Of a stretch of 44,725 nt of DNA, positions 16,670 through 25,562 are shown piece by piece. Location: the IMG/VR virus record IMGVR_UViG_3300027921_000163, positions 1-44,725 of that record. One strand, 5' to 3'. Below the pieces are notes generated by a model. It did not search any database. It was given only the letters and a program-made list of their open reading frames with translations, and had not been told where the DNA came from. The DNA comes from a virus. Lineage: Duplodnaviria > Caudoviricetes. The position numbers and the translations under genes were made by a program. Each line of letters opens with the position of its first letter. Within the stretch, counting starts at the first letter, position 1.

Positions 16670-18160
16670 TCAGTTTTCCTGAGAGGGTGGCTCTGGAATC
16701 GGAGCCGTTGGGGCGGGTGTGGGCTGGTCGTGCCGGGGGTCGGAATCGAAGACGAGTCCGAGCGCATCCGCCCGGGCGTTGTCGGCGGCGATCTCGCGGT
16801 CGATGTCCTCGGCGTCATAGCCGAAGGAGGAAATCGCTTCGGAACGCGAAAGCAGGCCGGCTCGGATGGCGGTGACCATCGCGTCGAACTCCTTCTTTGG
16901 ATCGACCCACTGCCAGCCCTGCGGAATCCATTTCACGGCCAGGTACTCGCGGCGCTGGCTGATGCCGCCTCGGGCATAGCCGGGCAACTTGATCGCGCCC
17001 TCGAGTACCGCCTGCTCCAGAAAAGCCTGCCAGATCGGTCGGCACAACTGATGCACCAGCACGCCGTGCTGCAAGGCTTCGACGCGGCGGCGAAACTCCA
17101 GCAGCCCGGCCCGGATCGAGGAGTAATTGACCTGGGTGAGGTCGCCCGTCAGTTGTTCGTAGGTGACGCCCATCGCCGCAGCCACTGCGCGGAACTGCAT
17201 GCGCAAGAAATCAGCGTAGGACGCGCCAACATCAGCCGGCTGCGAGAACTTCACGTCCTCACCCGGCTCCAGAATCTGCAGGGTGCCGGGCTCCAGTCCC
17301 GCCAGGGCGACACCGTTCTGGTCGGAATTGCCTTCGCCCATCAGGTTGTCCTCGGGGGCTAGCCGGGTGATGAAGCCGGCGAACATGGCGGCGGTTTTCT
17401 TGCGCACCAGTTCGGCGTCGTCGTACTGGTCAAGTTCGTTCAGCTTCACCAGCGCCCGCGCCAGCCAGGGCTCACCACGAATCTGGCCAGGCCGCAGGAC
17501 GCGGTAGAGATGCAGGATTTCACGGGCATCGACCCGGACGGTGTCCATGCCGCCGCCACCAGACATCGGGGCCAAGGAACCATCATCCGGATGTGATCGG
17601 TACAGGTGGTAGGCCACCCGCCGCCCCAGGCGGTCGAATTCGATGCCAGCGCGGATGAGATTGCCGTTCTCCGCCGTGGTGTTCAGGGTCACCGGCAGGT
17701 GCTCCGGTTCCAGTACCTGGAGTTGAAGCGCCACCGGCAGACCATCCTCCGGCCGCCGATACCGGATCCGCACCAGCGCCTCGCCGCCTTCCAGCATCGC
17801 CCGGCAGGCAAGCGCCTGCAGGCCATAGAAGTCTGTCAGCGCCGAGGCATCGGCCACCTCGCACCAGTCACGCCACAGCGTCTGGATCTGTTCCCGCAAA
17901 CAGGCGTCCGTGACCATCGACTGCGGCTTGATGCCGGTGCCCACCGCGTTGGCGACGTAGGATTCCAGCGCGGCATTGGCCCAGGCATTGCGGCGCACCA
18001 GGTCGCGGCTCTTGGCGCGCAGTTCGTTTGCGGTCGCCAGCATCGCGGCCACCGCCCCCGGGTTGCCGGGCATCCACGCGAGTGCGCGCCGACCGCGACC
18101 GGCGGCCTCGTGGACAGGCGTGCCGCCGAAGAGCGAACGCAGTTTGCCGAAGAACGCCAT
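16670..18160 (-). CDS. Portal protein, lambda family (gpB)
   Basis: LRAKSRDLVRRNAWA, GQIRGEPW, VNYSSIRAGLLEFRR, WVDPKKE; start reassigned to ATG 18160. Confidence 0.95.
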   Translation of the reverse strand: MAFFGKLRSLFGGTPVHEAAGRGRRALAWMPGNPGAVAAMLATANELRAKSRDLVRRNAWANAALESYVANAVGTGIKPQSMVTDACLREQIQTLWRDWCEVADASALTDFYGLQALACRAMLEGGEALVRIRYRRPEDGLPVALQLQVLEPEHLPVTLNTTAENGNLIRAGIEFDRLGRRVAYHLYRSHPDDGSLAPMSGGGGMDTVRVDAREILHLYRVLRPGQIRGEPWLARALVKLNELDQYDDAELVRKKTAAMFAGFITRLAPEDNLMGEGNSDQNGVALAGLEPGTLQILEPGEDVKFSQPADVGASYADFLRMQFRAVAAAMGVTYEQLTGDLTQVNYSSIRAGLLEFRRRVEALQHGVLVHQLCRPIWQAFLEQAVLEGAIKLPGYARGGISQRREYLAVKWIPQGWQWVDPKKEFDAMVTAIRAGLLSRSEAISSFGYDAEDIDREIAADNARADALGLVFDSDPRHDQPTPAPTAPIPEPPSQEN

Positions 18161-18161
18161 G

Positions 18162-18431
18162 TCAGGCCGCCAACCTTGCGGCCTCGCGACGCGTGCGGCG
18201 ATCCTGCTTGAGCCGCTTGCCCTCGATGAATCCATCCTCATCGATGGTGAACGTCGCGCCAGGATGCCCGCAGCGATTCGCCTTCAGCATCTCGCGCTGA
18301 TAGGCCGGCGTGCAGTCGGTGCAGTAGCCACTTTTCGGCATGCCGGTACGATTTGCTGCTGCCATCCAATTCGCGAACTCGCCTATTGATTTGAAACAGG
18401 CCGGGCGAACCGGCGTGATCGGGGTGTTCAT
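18162..18431 (-). CDS. Small Cys-containing hypothetical protein (possible Zn binder)
   Basis: Fits exactly between gpW and portal; C..CTDC..C-x-H. Confidence 0.6.
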   Translation of the reverse strand: MNTPITPVRPACFKSIGEFANWMAAANRTGMPKSGYCTDCTPAYQREMLKANRCGHPGATFTIDEDGFIEGKRLKQDRRTRREAARLAA

Positions 18432-18656
18432 TCAGAATCCTTTTTGGGTGGTGACGCGGATCTGGCGTGGCGCTCGGGGCCACAGGCCGGTTGCGACGGC
18501 GTCGTTGTGCATGGCCGCCTCGACCTCGCAGATGGCGGCTTTCAATTCCTCGACGGTGCGGTACTCGACGGTCTTGTCGGCGAAGGTGACGCGCTTTTCT
18601 CCCTTGGCCAGCGCATCGCGGAGCGCCTGCAACTGCGCTTCGGTGTAGGTGCTCAT
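18432..18656 (-). CDS. Head-tail adaptor (gpW-like)
   Basis: LRDALAKGEKRVTFADKTVEYRTVEELK pattern. Confidence 0.85.
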   Translation of the reverse strand: MSTYTEAQLQALRDALAKGEKRVTFADKTVEYRTVEELKAAICEVEAAMHNDAVATGLWPRAPRQIRVTTQKGF

Positions 18657-19057
18657 CGGTAGACCACCACGTTGATCTCGCTGGAATCGGCGAGCGTTCC
18701 CGAGGGCGTGGCGCAGACCAGTTCGACGTCGTCGACCGTCTTGTCGTCGCAGTTCACCCGGGCGGCGGCCATCTTCATGGTCTTGTCGCTGTTGCGGGCG
18801 AAGGCCAGCCAGCAGTAGTGCTCGTCGGGCATGGGGTCGGCGAAGATCACGCGGTACTTGCCAGGGGCGAGACGCATGACTTTCTTCACGTTGTGCCCAG
18901 CGTGAATCACGATGTGGTCGCCGGTTTTATGTTGCCGCCAGCCGAAACTGACCCAGGCGCGGGCGAGGCCCGGATGCTCGGGGGTGACCCGGGCTTTCAG
19001 TTCCTGGCCGATGCGCGTGGCGAGTGCCGCGATGTGCTGCGCCAGCGTCATCATCAC
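18653..19057 (-). CDS. Fibre-like protein with beta C-terminal domain
   Basis: Helical N-terminus LAQHIAALATRIGQELK then ARAWVSFG...NVKKV...GKYRVIF typical of fibre tip domains. Confidence 0.55.
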   Translation of the reverse strand: MMMTLAQHIAALATRIGQELKARVTPEHPGLARAWVSFGWRQHKTGDHIVIHAGHNVKKVMRLAPGKYRVIFADPMPDEHYCWLAFARNSDKTMKMAAARVNCDDKTVDDVELVCATPSGTLADSSEINVVVYR

Positions 19058-19830
19058 AGGCGAACCGTGGCGGTGAGCAACCGGCGCTCGGCGGCCAATC
19101 GCTTGATGCGGGTGCTATCAGTCAGGTACTCGACCTGATAGTCCTGCGGCGAAGGCACCAGGATGCGTTGCGTGGCCTGCGCGTAGAACTGCACTTCGGC
19201 CAGCGCCAGGGGAGCGGCATAGTCGGGGCGCGCACTGGCGGTGATGTTGATCTCCCACCAGGCGAAGCTGGCCGGCTGGGCCAGGCTGAATTGCCGGCGC
19301 TGCGAATTGCTCCAGGTCACGCCGGACTGGGTATCGAGCACGGTCCAGTTCACGCCATCGTTCGAGCCGCGCAGCGTCCAGTCCTTCGGGCCGCTGTCGC
19401 CGTAGGGATTGCGCGCGGTGATGGCGTAGCCCACGGCGGTCTTGAGGGCGGGGAATACACAGCGCCACCAGCCATGGGTAAGCGATGGGCCCACTGACCA
19501 ATGCGTGGTGGCGGTGCCGTCGGCGGCACGCCAAGGGCCGTCCGCAGGGGCGTAGGACGACGACGAGGAGATGGCGCACAGCAGCGAAGTCTCCCCGGTC
19601 ATCACCGGAATCAGGCTGGCGCCCGACTCGAAGACCTGTTCCGCGAGCGAGACCAGGCGCTGATACAAGGCGTCAGCAGGATGGACGATCTCCAGGGTTT
19701 CGCCAAGGCCCAGTTCCAGGGTCTGCCGGCTGCCAGGCAATACAGCGGGAATCGGCGTGGTGGGATTGCCCAGCCGAATCTGGGTGATCCAGTCGCGAAC
19801 CGTGCCCAGACGAGTGTCGAGTGTGCTCAT
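19054..19830 (-). CDS. Discoidin (F5/8 type C, CBM32-like) domain protein
   Basis: ADG...THW, YAIT, PKDWTLRGSNDGVNWTVLD, LAEVQFY motifs. Confidence 0.85.
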   Translation of the reverse strand: MSTLDTRLGTVRDWITQIRLGNPTTPIPAVLPGSRQTLELGLGETLEIVHPADALYQRLVSLAEQVFESGASLIPVMTGETSLLCAISSSSSYAPADGPWRAADGTATTHWSVGPSLTHGWWRCVFPALKTAVGYAITARNPYGDSGPKDWTLRGSNDGVNWTVLDTQSGVTWSNSQRRQFSLAQPASFAWWEINITASARPDYAAPLALAEVQFYAQATQRILVPSPQDYQVEYLTDSTRIKRLAAERRLLTATVRL

Positions 19831-19856
19831 AAGATGCCTCGATCAAGAAATCAGGA

Positions 19857-19888
19857 GCCCGGCCCTGCCCAAAGGCAGGAAACCGGGC
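19857..19888 (-). terminator. Intergenic stem-loop (weak terminator or processing site)
   Basis: GCCCGG-c-CCTGCC-caaa-GGCAGG-aaa-CCGGGC. Confidence 0.4.
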
Positions 19889-19896
19889 GGGCAGGT

Positions 19897-20388
19897 TTAG
19901 ATCAGAGCGGCTTCGAAGGCGGCGACGAAGTCGAAGGCGGTGTCGCCCACATCGGCGGCGGCGACTGCACCGATGTTGCTGCGGGCCTGGGCCTGCTCCG
20001 GCGCGGTCAGGGCCTGGGCAGCGTCATAGCGAACGCGCTTGTTGACGGCGTCCAGCAGCGCGGTGGCGGCGGATTCACCGGTCTGGATGGCCTGCTGGAT
20101 TTCCAGCAAGGTGTCGAACGCGGCATCGGCGCCACCCAGGATGTCAGCCTTCAATGCGTCGAGCAGGCCGACGATCTTGGAAGACGAGTAGGTGGTGCTG
20201 GTGGTGATCGCGCTGTCATCGATGCTGGTGGACGCATTGACCGCGTTCTTCAGTTCGTTGATGGCCGACACCAGGCTGGTCTTGTCAGTGGTGGACAGCG
20301 AGGCCAGCGAACCGATCTTGGTGGAGACCGCGTTGAATTCCTGGGCAGCGCGTAGGACAAAGCTCTGGATCTGGGTTTGCAAACTCAT
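19897..20388 (-). CDS. Putative head/neck fibre coiled-coil protein
   Basis: TTDKTSLVSAINELK, TTYSSSKI, GADAAFDTLLEI, QAQARSNIGA fibre-type motifs. Confidence 0.65.
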   Translation of the reverse strand: MSLQTQIQSFVLRAAQEFNAVSTKIGSLASLSTTDKTSLVSAINELKNAVNASTSIDDSAITTSTTYSSSKIVGLLDALKADILGGADAAFDTLLEIQQAIQTGESAATALLDAVNKRVRYDAAQALTAPEQAQARSNIGAVAAADVGDTAFDFVAAFEAALI

Positions 20389-20449
20389 GGTGCGTTTCCT
20401 TATAGAAGGTCGAAAGGTTCGGGCCTTGGTTGAATAACCTCAGCCCACA

Positions 20450-22414
20450 TCACCCGAACCAGCGGCTACGAATCACGCGGCGCGTTGGTTTCTGGGTTCC
20501 AGAAGCACTAAGGCCACCGCGATGGGTGGCCTCAGTGAATTGGTCGGTTGGTGCTTCGATGGGGGGCTCGCCGGTCGGTGGCGGCAGACCAAGCTGCCGC
20601 TCCAGTTCGCGCCAGTGGCGTTCCTCGAAGCGATCCAGGCCGGCGCTGCTTGCCGCCGCCCTGGCATACACGTAGCAGTCGAGCGCTTCATTGCGCTCGC
20701 GCATCTTTTGCCACTCGCGGATGGCGAAGCCGTTCCGGTTGCGGCGGGTGTTCAGTTGTTCGGCGCAGAGTTGCTGCACGAACTCGGCATCGACCTTGGG
20801 CAGATGCACGAATCCCGTGGGATAACGCATCGTGACGCCGTCCTCCAGCAGGTCGGCGGCCTTGCGCAAGTTGTTGTAGAACTCCAGCTTGGCGATGCCT
20901 ACTGCGACCGAGAACACCTTGATGCCCCGGCGCAGCTTCTTGCCGGCCTGGGTGACGTCCACCGCCGTCGGCGTACCGATGAGGGCCGCGCCCTTGGCCA
21001 CACCTTTGACCGCCATCACGCGGGGATCACGCGCCAGGCGCACGAAGGCGTAGGCCTCCTGCGTGGCAAACCCGGTGTCCAGCGCGAATCGGGCAAGTGG
21101 CACTTGCGCGCCGGAGGCGTGCGTCCAGGTTTCGGCAACTAATTCGGCGAGCCGTTTCCATACCGCGTCCCTTGCGGTGTCGCCCATCAGCACGCGGTGC
21201 TCGACGAGCCAGGACTCTTTGCCACGACCGAAGGCCCAGATCGATGCCTCGATGCGATCCTTCTGCACGTCGGCCCCGCCGACCAGCAGCAGGCCGCCGG
21301 CAGGAATGCCGCCCAGCGGATAGTCCTCGCGCCGCTCGATCAGGCGTTGCCAGTCCGGTGCCTCGCCTTCCTCGACCCAGGTCTCGCCCAGTTCCGTGTT
21401 CTTGAAGGTCTTGATGGCGCTGGCTGATCCGGATTCCTTGTTCACAGAAGACTCCCAGGCAGCGGCGATGTCGTGCCAGGAGCGCCAGCCGATCGGGCTG
21501 TAGAGCGACGACAGGTGGAAGCCCGCCGTCCTGCCATTTCTGGCGGCCAGGGCACGCCACTCACCCGCTGCCAGCATCGCGGTCTTGTGATGCTCAGCAA
21601 TCGCCGTGTCGCAGGTCTCGCAGACATAGGCCGCCGTCTCCGGGTGTTTCTTGTCCCAGCGCAGTTGCTCGAAGCGCAGCCACTGGCGGTGGCCGCAGTG
21701 CGGACAGGGCACGAAGTAGCGGCGCTGGTCGGACGCCTCGTACTCGCGCTCGATGGCCGACACCCCGGCGATGGTCGGGGTGGAGACGATGAAGATCTTG
21801 CGTCGCGCGAAGGTCCGGGTGCGGGCCTCGGCCAGGCTGATCGCGTCGCCCTCACCATCCACGTCCAGGGGATAACCATCCACCTCGTCGAGGAACAGAT
21901 AGCGCACCGGCATCGAACGCAGCCCCACCGCGCTGTTGGCCCCGGTCATCACCAGCACGCCGCCCCGGAACTCCTTGGCCAGGATGGTGTTGCCGGAGTC
22001 GCGGCTGCGGGCCGGCGAGATCAGTTCCTTGAGGGTGGGTGACTCCTCGATCAACGGATCGATGCGCTGCTTGGAGTTGCGTTTGGCCATCTCCACCGTG
22101 GGGGAGACCGCCATCATCGGGCCGGGTGCGTGGTGGATCACATAACCGATCCAGTTGTTGCCGCACTCGGTCTTACCCAGTTGTCCGCCAGCCATGAACA
22201 CGATGCGTTCGATGGGCGACGTCGGCGACAGGCAATCCATGATTTCCTTCAGATACGGGGTGCGGCTGGTGCGCCAGCGGCCCGGTTCCGAGGAGGATTT
22301 ACTGGACAGCACCCGGTGCCGGTCGGCCCATTCCGACAGGGTCAGCATCGGGTCGGGGGTCAGCCCCTCGCGCCAGGCGCGTTCGATCTCGATGCCGCCT
22401 TCGTAATCCATCAA
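20450..22414 (-). CDS. Terminase large subunit (lambda GpA family)
   Basis: RTPYLKEIMD, QLGKTE Walker A, YLFLDEVD Walker B, VSTPT, CPHCG, GADVQ. Confidence 0.97.
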   Translation of the reverse strand: MMDYEGGIEIERAWREGLTPDPMLTLSEWADRHRVLSSKSSSEPGRWRTSRTPYLKEIMDCLSPTSPIERIVFMAGGQLGKTECGNNWIGYVIHHAPGPMMAVSPTVEMAKRNSKQRIDPLIEESPTLKELISPARSRDSGNTILAKEFRGGVLVMTGANSAVGLRSMPVRYLFLDEVDGYPLDVDGEGDAISLAEARTRTFARRKIFIVSTPTIAGVSAIEREYEASDQRRYFVPCPHCGHRQWLRFEQLRWDKKHPETAAYVCETCDTAIAEHHKTAMLAAGEWRALAARNGRTAGFHLSSLYSPIGWRSWHDIAAAWESSVNKESGSASAIKTFKNTELGETWVEEGEAPDWQRLIERREDYPLGGIPAGGLLLVGGADVQKDRIEASIWAFGRGKESWLVEHRVLMGDTARDAVWKRLAELVAETWTHASGAQVPLARFALDTGFATQEAYAFVRLARDPRVMAVKGVAKGAALIGTPTAVDVTQAGKKLRRGIKVFSVAVGIAKLEFYNNLRKAADLLEDGVTMRYPTGFVHLPKVDAEFVQQLCAEQLNTRRNRNGFAIREWQKMRERNEALDCYVYARAAASSAGLDRFEERHWRELERQLGLPPPTGEPPIEAPTDQFTEATHRGGLSASGTQKPTRRVIRSRWFG

Positions 22415-22947
22415 TCCACCTTGGGGCGCAACTCGCCCAGTTCCATCAGGTGTGTGCGCACCGCCTCATCCAGGGCGATGTGCAGGGCGTGCGCGTCCAT
22501 GCCGAGCGTGGCCGCCATCTGCGCCGACACCCGCGCCGGCCAGTTGAGCCAGGCGTCGCGTTCATTGCGCGCCAGCTGGAAGACATGGGCGATGGCCTGG
22601 GAGCGATCGATCAGGTCGCCCTTCAACCGGGCCAGACGCACCTTGTTGGTCTGCGCCTTGACCACTTCGTTGACCGTGCGCGCCTGCAGCAGCGACGTGC
22701 CGCCAGTGCCCAGGGTGGGCGTCTGGGGTTCGGCCGATGCCGGCGCTTCCTTGACCGTGATGGTCTCGGCCCGGCGCTGGGTGCCCTGTGCCGGGGCCTC
22801 GGTGTTCTTGTTCCACTCCCGATCGACCTTGTCCGGATCCAGCGTGCCATCCGCCTCGGGCGTGATGCGGCCGGCGCGGATTGCCTTGTGGACGGCGGTG
22901 TCGGACACCCCCCGATGGCGGGCGTAGGCGCGAATCGAGAGACCCAT
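22411..22947 (-). CDS. Terminase small subunit (Nu1-like)
   Basis: N-terminal HTH SIRAYARHRGVSDTAVHKAI; coupled to terL. Confidence 0.85.
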   Translation of the reverse strand: MGLSIRAYARHRGVSDTAVHKAIRAGRITPEADGTLDPDKVDREWNKNTEAPAQGTQRRAETITVKEAPASAEPQTPTLGTGGTSLLQARTVNEVVKAQTNKVRLARLKGDLIDRSQAIAHVFQLARNERDAWLNWPARVSAQMAATLGMDAHALHIALDEAVRTHLMELGELRPKVD

Positions 22948-23051
22948 GGAATCCAGAGAGAAATTGATGGTTTTGTTCGAGATTCAGCTTGGCTTGTCTC
23001 TGGCACAGCGCGTTCATGACCACACCATCAACCACGTCCACGGAGACGAAC

Positions 23052-23321
23052 ATGACCACGCAAACCCCCGAAAAACGCCAGGAACTCGTCGACGAACTGC
23101 GCGAAATCCAGGCGCAGATGCTGGAGTGCCTGGAGCAAGCCAAGACACTGATCAAGCAAAGCGGCCAGGAGATGACCCTGCAACGGGCCGAGTCCTACTG
23201 GCTTGCCCACGCCAGGATCGCCCTGACCAACGACCACGCTTACCTGGGCGGCTCGATGTGCTCGATGGAAGACACCATCGCGGAAATTGAAGCGGCAGCC
23301 GAGGACGACGACGAGGACTGA
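23052..23321 (+). CDS. Hypothetical acidic helical protein (cassette 1, 89 aa)
   Basis: GGAG RBS after repeat 1; MTTQTPEK...AAEDDDED. Confidence 0.75.
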   Translation: MTTQTPEKRQELVDELREIQAQMLECLEQAKTLIKQSGQEMTLQRAESYWLAHARIALTNDHAYLGGSMCSMEDTIAEIEAAAEDDDED

Positions 23322-23412
23322 TCGAGATTGGGAAGCCCAGCGAAATGCTTGGCTTCCCGCTCGAACAGCGCGTTCATACCAACACCATCAACGACCTCAG
23401 AAGGACACGACC

Positions 23413-23622
23413 ATGACCCAGATCGACAGCATCTTTACCCTGATCGCCCAGAAGCACCTGCGCATCGACACCCTGGAAACCCGCCATTCGGATCGCCTCG
23501 ATTTCCACGACGTGGCGGTCTGGAGCATCCGCGATGCACTGGAAGCCGCGTTCAAAGCAGGTGTCGAAGTCGGCATGAACGTGTCGCGCCCCTCCGAGCG
23601 GGAAATCGCCAGCGCCGACTGA
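23413..23622 (+). CDS. DUF6900-like protein (cassette 2)
   Basis: IDTLETRHSDRLDFHDVAVWSIRDAL motif; AAGGA RBS. Confidence 0.75.
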   Translation: MTQIDSIFTLIAQKHLRIDTLETRHSDRLDFHDVAVWSIRDALEAAFKAGVEVGMNVSRPSEREIASAD

Positions 23623-23708
23623 ATACAGATCGAAGCCAGGCGAAACGCTTGGCTTCACCTCGGAACAGCGCGTTCATCACATCACCATCAACCAGCAAGG
23701 AGTACGAC

Positions 23709-24227
23709 ATGACCACCATCAAACTGACCGAATCCCAAACCACCATCCTGACCCAGGCCGCCTACCGTCCTGATGGCGACATCGAACCCCTGCCGCCCAC
23801 CCTGCGGGGCGGCGCACGGACCAAGGTGATCGACGGACTCACCTCGCGCGGACTGATCGTCGAGCAGGACGGCAAGCATGTCCTCACCGATGACGGCTAC
23901 GCCGCCATCGGCCGCAGCCGCCCGGCATGTGATCCGGAACCGACCGGTGACGCCGCCCTGGAGGCCGATTTCGCCGCCGCCGAAGCGACTTGGCAGGACA
24001 AGGCCAAGGAGGCCAAGCCCCGCACCCGTGAGAACAGCAAGCAGGCACAAGTGGTCGCGATGCTGAAGCGCGCCGAGGGGGCAACGATTCCCCAGGTCAT
24101 GGCCGCCACGGGCTGGCAGGCGCACACGGTGCGCGGCACCTTCGCCGGGGCGTTCAAGAAGAAGCTGGGCCTGAACCTGATCTCGGAGAAGACCCAGGGC
24201 GGCGAGCGGGTCTATCGCGTAGGTTGA
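23709..24227 (+). CDS. DUF3489 winged-helix protein (cassette 3)
   Basis: RENSKQAQVVAMLKRAEGATI..ATGWQAHTVRG...KKKLGL motif. Confidence 0.85.
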   Translation: MTTIKLTESQTTILTQAAYRPDGDIEPLPPTLRGGARTKVIDGLTSRGLIVEQDGKHVLTDDGYAAIGRSRPACDPEPTGDAALEADFAAAEATWQDKAKEAKPRTRENSKQAQVVAMLKRAEGATIPQVMAATGWQAHTVRGTFAGAFKKKLGLNLISEKTQGGERVYRVG

Positions 24228-24242
24228 CCGGGAGCCACGACC

Positions 24243-24479
24243 ATGCCGAATCTCATCCAAATCATGGAATCGCTTCGCGAGCAGCCGCGCCCGCTCAACG
24301 CCGAGGAGGACGCTTATCTGAACACCCTCATGGTCGAAGTCGCGAGCGCCGAGAACGATGCCCAGCGCTGGCGCATCCTTGAACGCGAAGGCATGAACCG
24401 CATCAACATCGAGGCCTACGGGTTTGACGCCGATGTTCTGGCCCATGTCTTTAAATTGCGCCGGGCGTCGATGAATTGA
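24243..24479 (+). CDS. Hypothetical protein (78 aa)
   Basis: GGGAG RBS; stops just before repeat 4. Confidence 0.65.
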   Translation: MPNLIQIMESLREQPRPLNAEEDAYLNTLMVEVASAENDAQRWRILEREGMNRINIEAYGFDADVLAHVFKLRRASMN

Positions 24480-24546
24480 ATAGCTTGGCTTCTCAATCAC
24501 ACAGCGCGTTCATGGGGGCGTCATCCACGTCCCCAGGAGCCACCAG

Positions 24547-24687
24547 ATGGACTTCCACCTTTACAAAGCCACGCGCGCCGACGGCACGGTGTACTTCTTT
24601 CACCATCGCAGCATGGAGGAGGCCAAGGCCTTCGCCAGCGATGCGGTCAAGGTGATCGACTGCCACAGCCAGGAGGATGCGCAATGA
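24547..24687 (+). CDS. 46-aa protein not in the ORF track (cassette 4)
   Basis: AGGAG RBS; MDFHLYKATRADGTVYFFHHRSMEEAKAFASDAVKVIDCHSQEDAQ; ATGA overlap with next gene. Confidence 0.65.
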   Translation: MDFHLYKATRADGTVYFFHHRSMEEAKAFASDAVKVIDCHSQEDAQ

Positions 24688-24941
24688 ACAGCATCGACAT
24701 CCTCGGACAAAAACTCGGCACCGCCGCCCTGACTACCCTGGTGCGCCTGTGCCCAGAGATCGAGACCGCCAGCCCGGTGCGACAGGAGGCCGCGTGTGCC
24801 GCGATGCGCGCCAAGGCCAAGGAAGCCGTCGACCAACTCCTGGCTGACGCGGAAAACGCGCCCGGAGTCACGCACGCTGCCTTTGCCTGCGCCGCACTGA
24901 CCCTCGCACACGAGGGCGTCAAGGTACTGCGGGGCGGGTAA
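24684..24941 (+). CDS. Hypothetical Ala-rich protein (85 aa)
   Basis: GGAGG RBS, ATGA coupling. Confidence 0.65.
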   Translation: MNSIDILGQKLGTAALTTLVRLCPEIETASPVRQEAACAAMRAKAKEAVDQLLADAENAPGVTHAAFACAALTLAHEGVKVLRGG

Positions 24942-25035
24942 TTTGATGCGAAATAAGATGGTGAATGCGCTTGGCTTCTCAATCGCACAGCGCGTTCATA
25001 CGGGTGTCGCAACCAACAACCCGCAGGAGAAAACG

Positions 25036-25404
25036 ATGACCACCACCAACCACACCCCCGCCACCCAGAACGACGCCTGGGGCTTTTTTGGCACCATGAA
25101 CGAACACGCCGAAGCCGCCTGGCCGATCGCGATGCACGCGGTTGCTGAGGCCACCGGCCAGTCGCTGGAAACGGTCCGAATCTTTATGGACAGCCGCTAC
25201 GGACGCCATTTTGCTGACAGCGTCCTCAACCAGATGCACCACGGAGCAGACCTGGATGCCGCCATCACCGCCGCCACGCAGCAGTGGATGGGCTGGACGA
25301 TTGGCCGCATCACTGGCAAGGAATACGGCATCCCGCGCGGGCTGTCTTACCTGACGGGCTTCGTGGTGCATTGCGAGATCAACGACGAAGCCCTTGCCGC
25401 CTGA
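25036..25404 (+). CDS. Phage hypothetical protein (cassette 5, 122 aa)
   Basis: CAGGAG RBS after repeat 5; WGFFGTM...DSRYGRHFAD...YGIPRGL. Confidence 0.75.
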   Translation: MTTTNHTPATQNDAWGFFGTMNEHAEAAWPIAMHAVAEATGQSLETVRIFMDSRYGRHFADSVLNQMHHGADLDAAITAATQQWMGWTIGRITGKEYGIPRGLSYLTGFVVHCEINDEALAA

Positions 25405-25562
25405 CGCGATCTACCTTTTACGACCCAACACGGACTTCCATCAGTTCTATTTGGACGGCAAGTTGGACCATTTCCGTCGTTCAGGGCTGGCAGCACGACA
25501 GGCAAGCTCAAGTCATGAACTGCTCTTCATGAAGTGCCAGAGATATAACCCCGCCTCATGTG

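Larger units (their letters stand above)
22987..24999 (+). repeat. Five dispersed copies of 31-bp GCTTGGCTT-N9-ACAGCGCGTTCAT (starts 22987, 23347, 23647, 24483, 24969), putative promoters
   Basis: Read directly; each copy ends 31-36 nt before an RBS-preceded ATG. Confidence 0.9.

Noticed and set aside
22987-24999. CRISPR array interpretation of the 31-bp repeats
   Set aside because: Intervals are about 270-800 bp and contain ORFs, the repeat core varies, and there is no cas1/cas2
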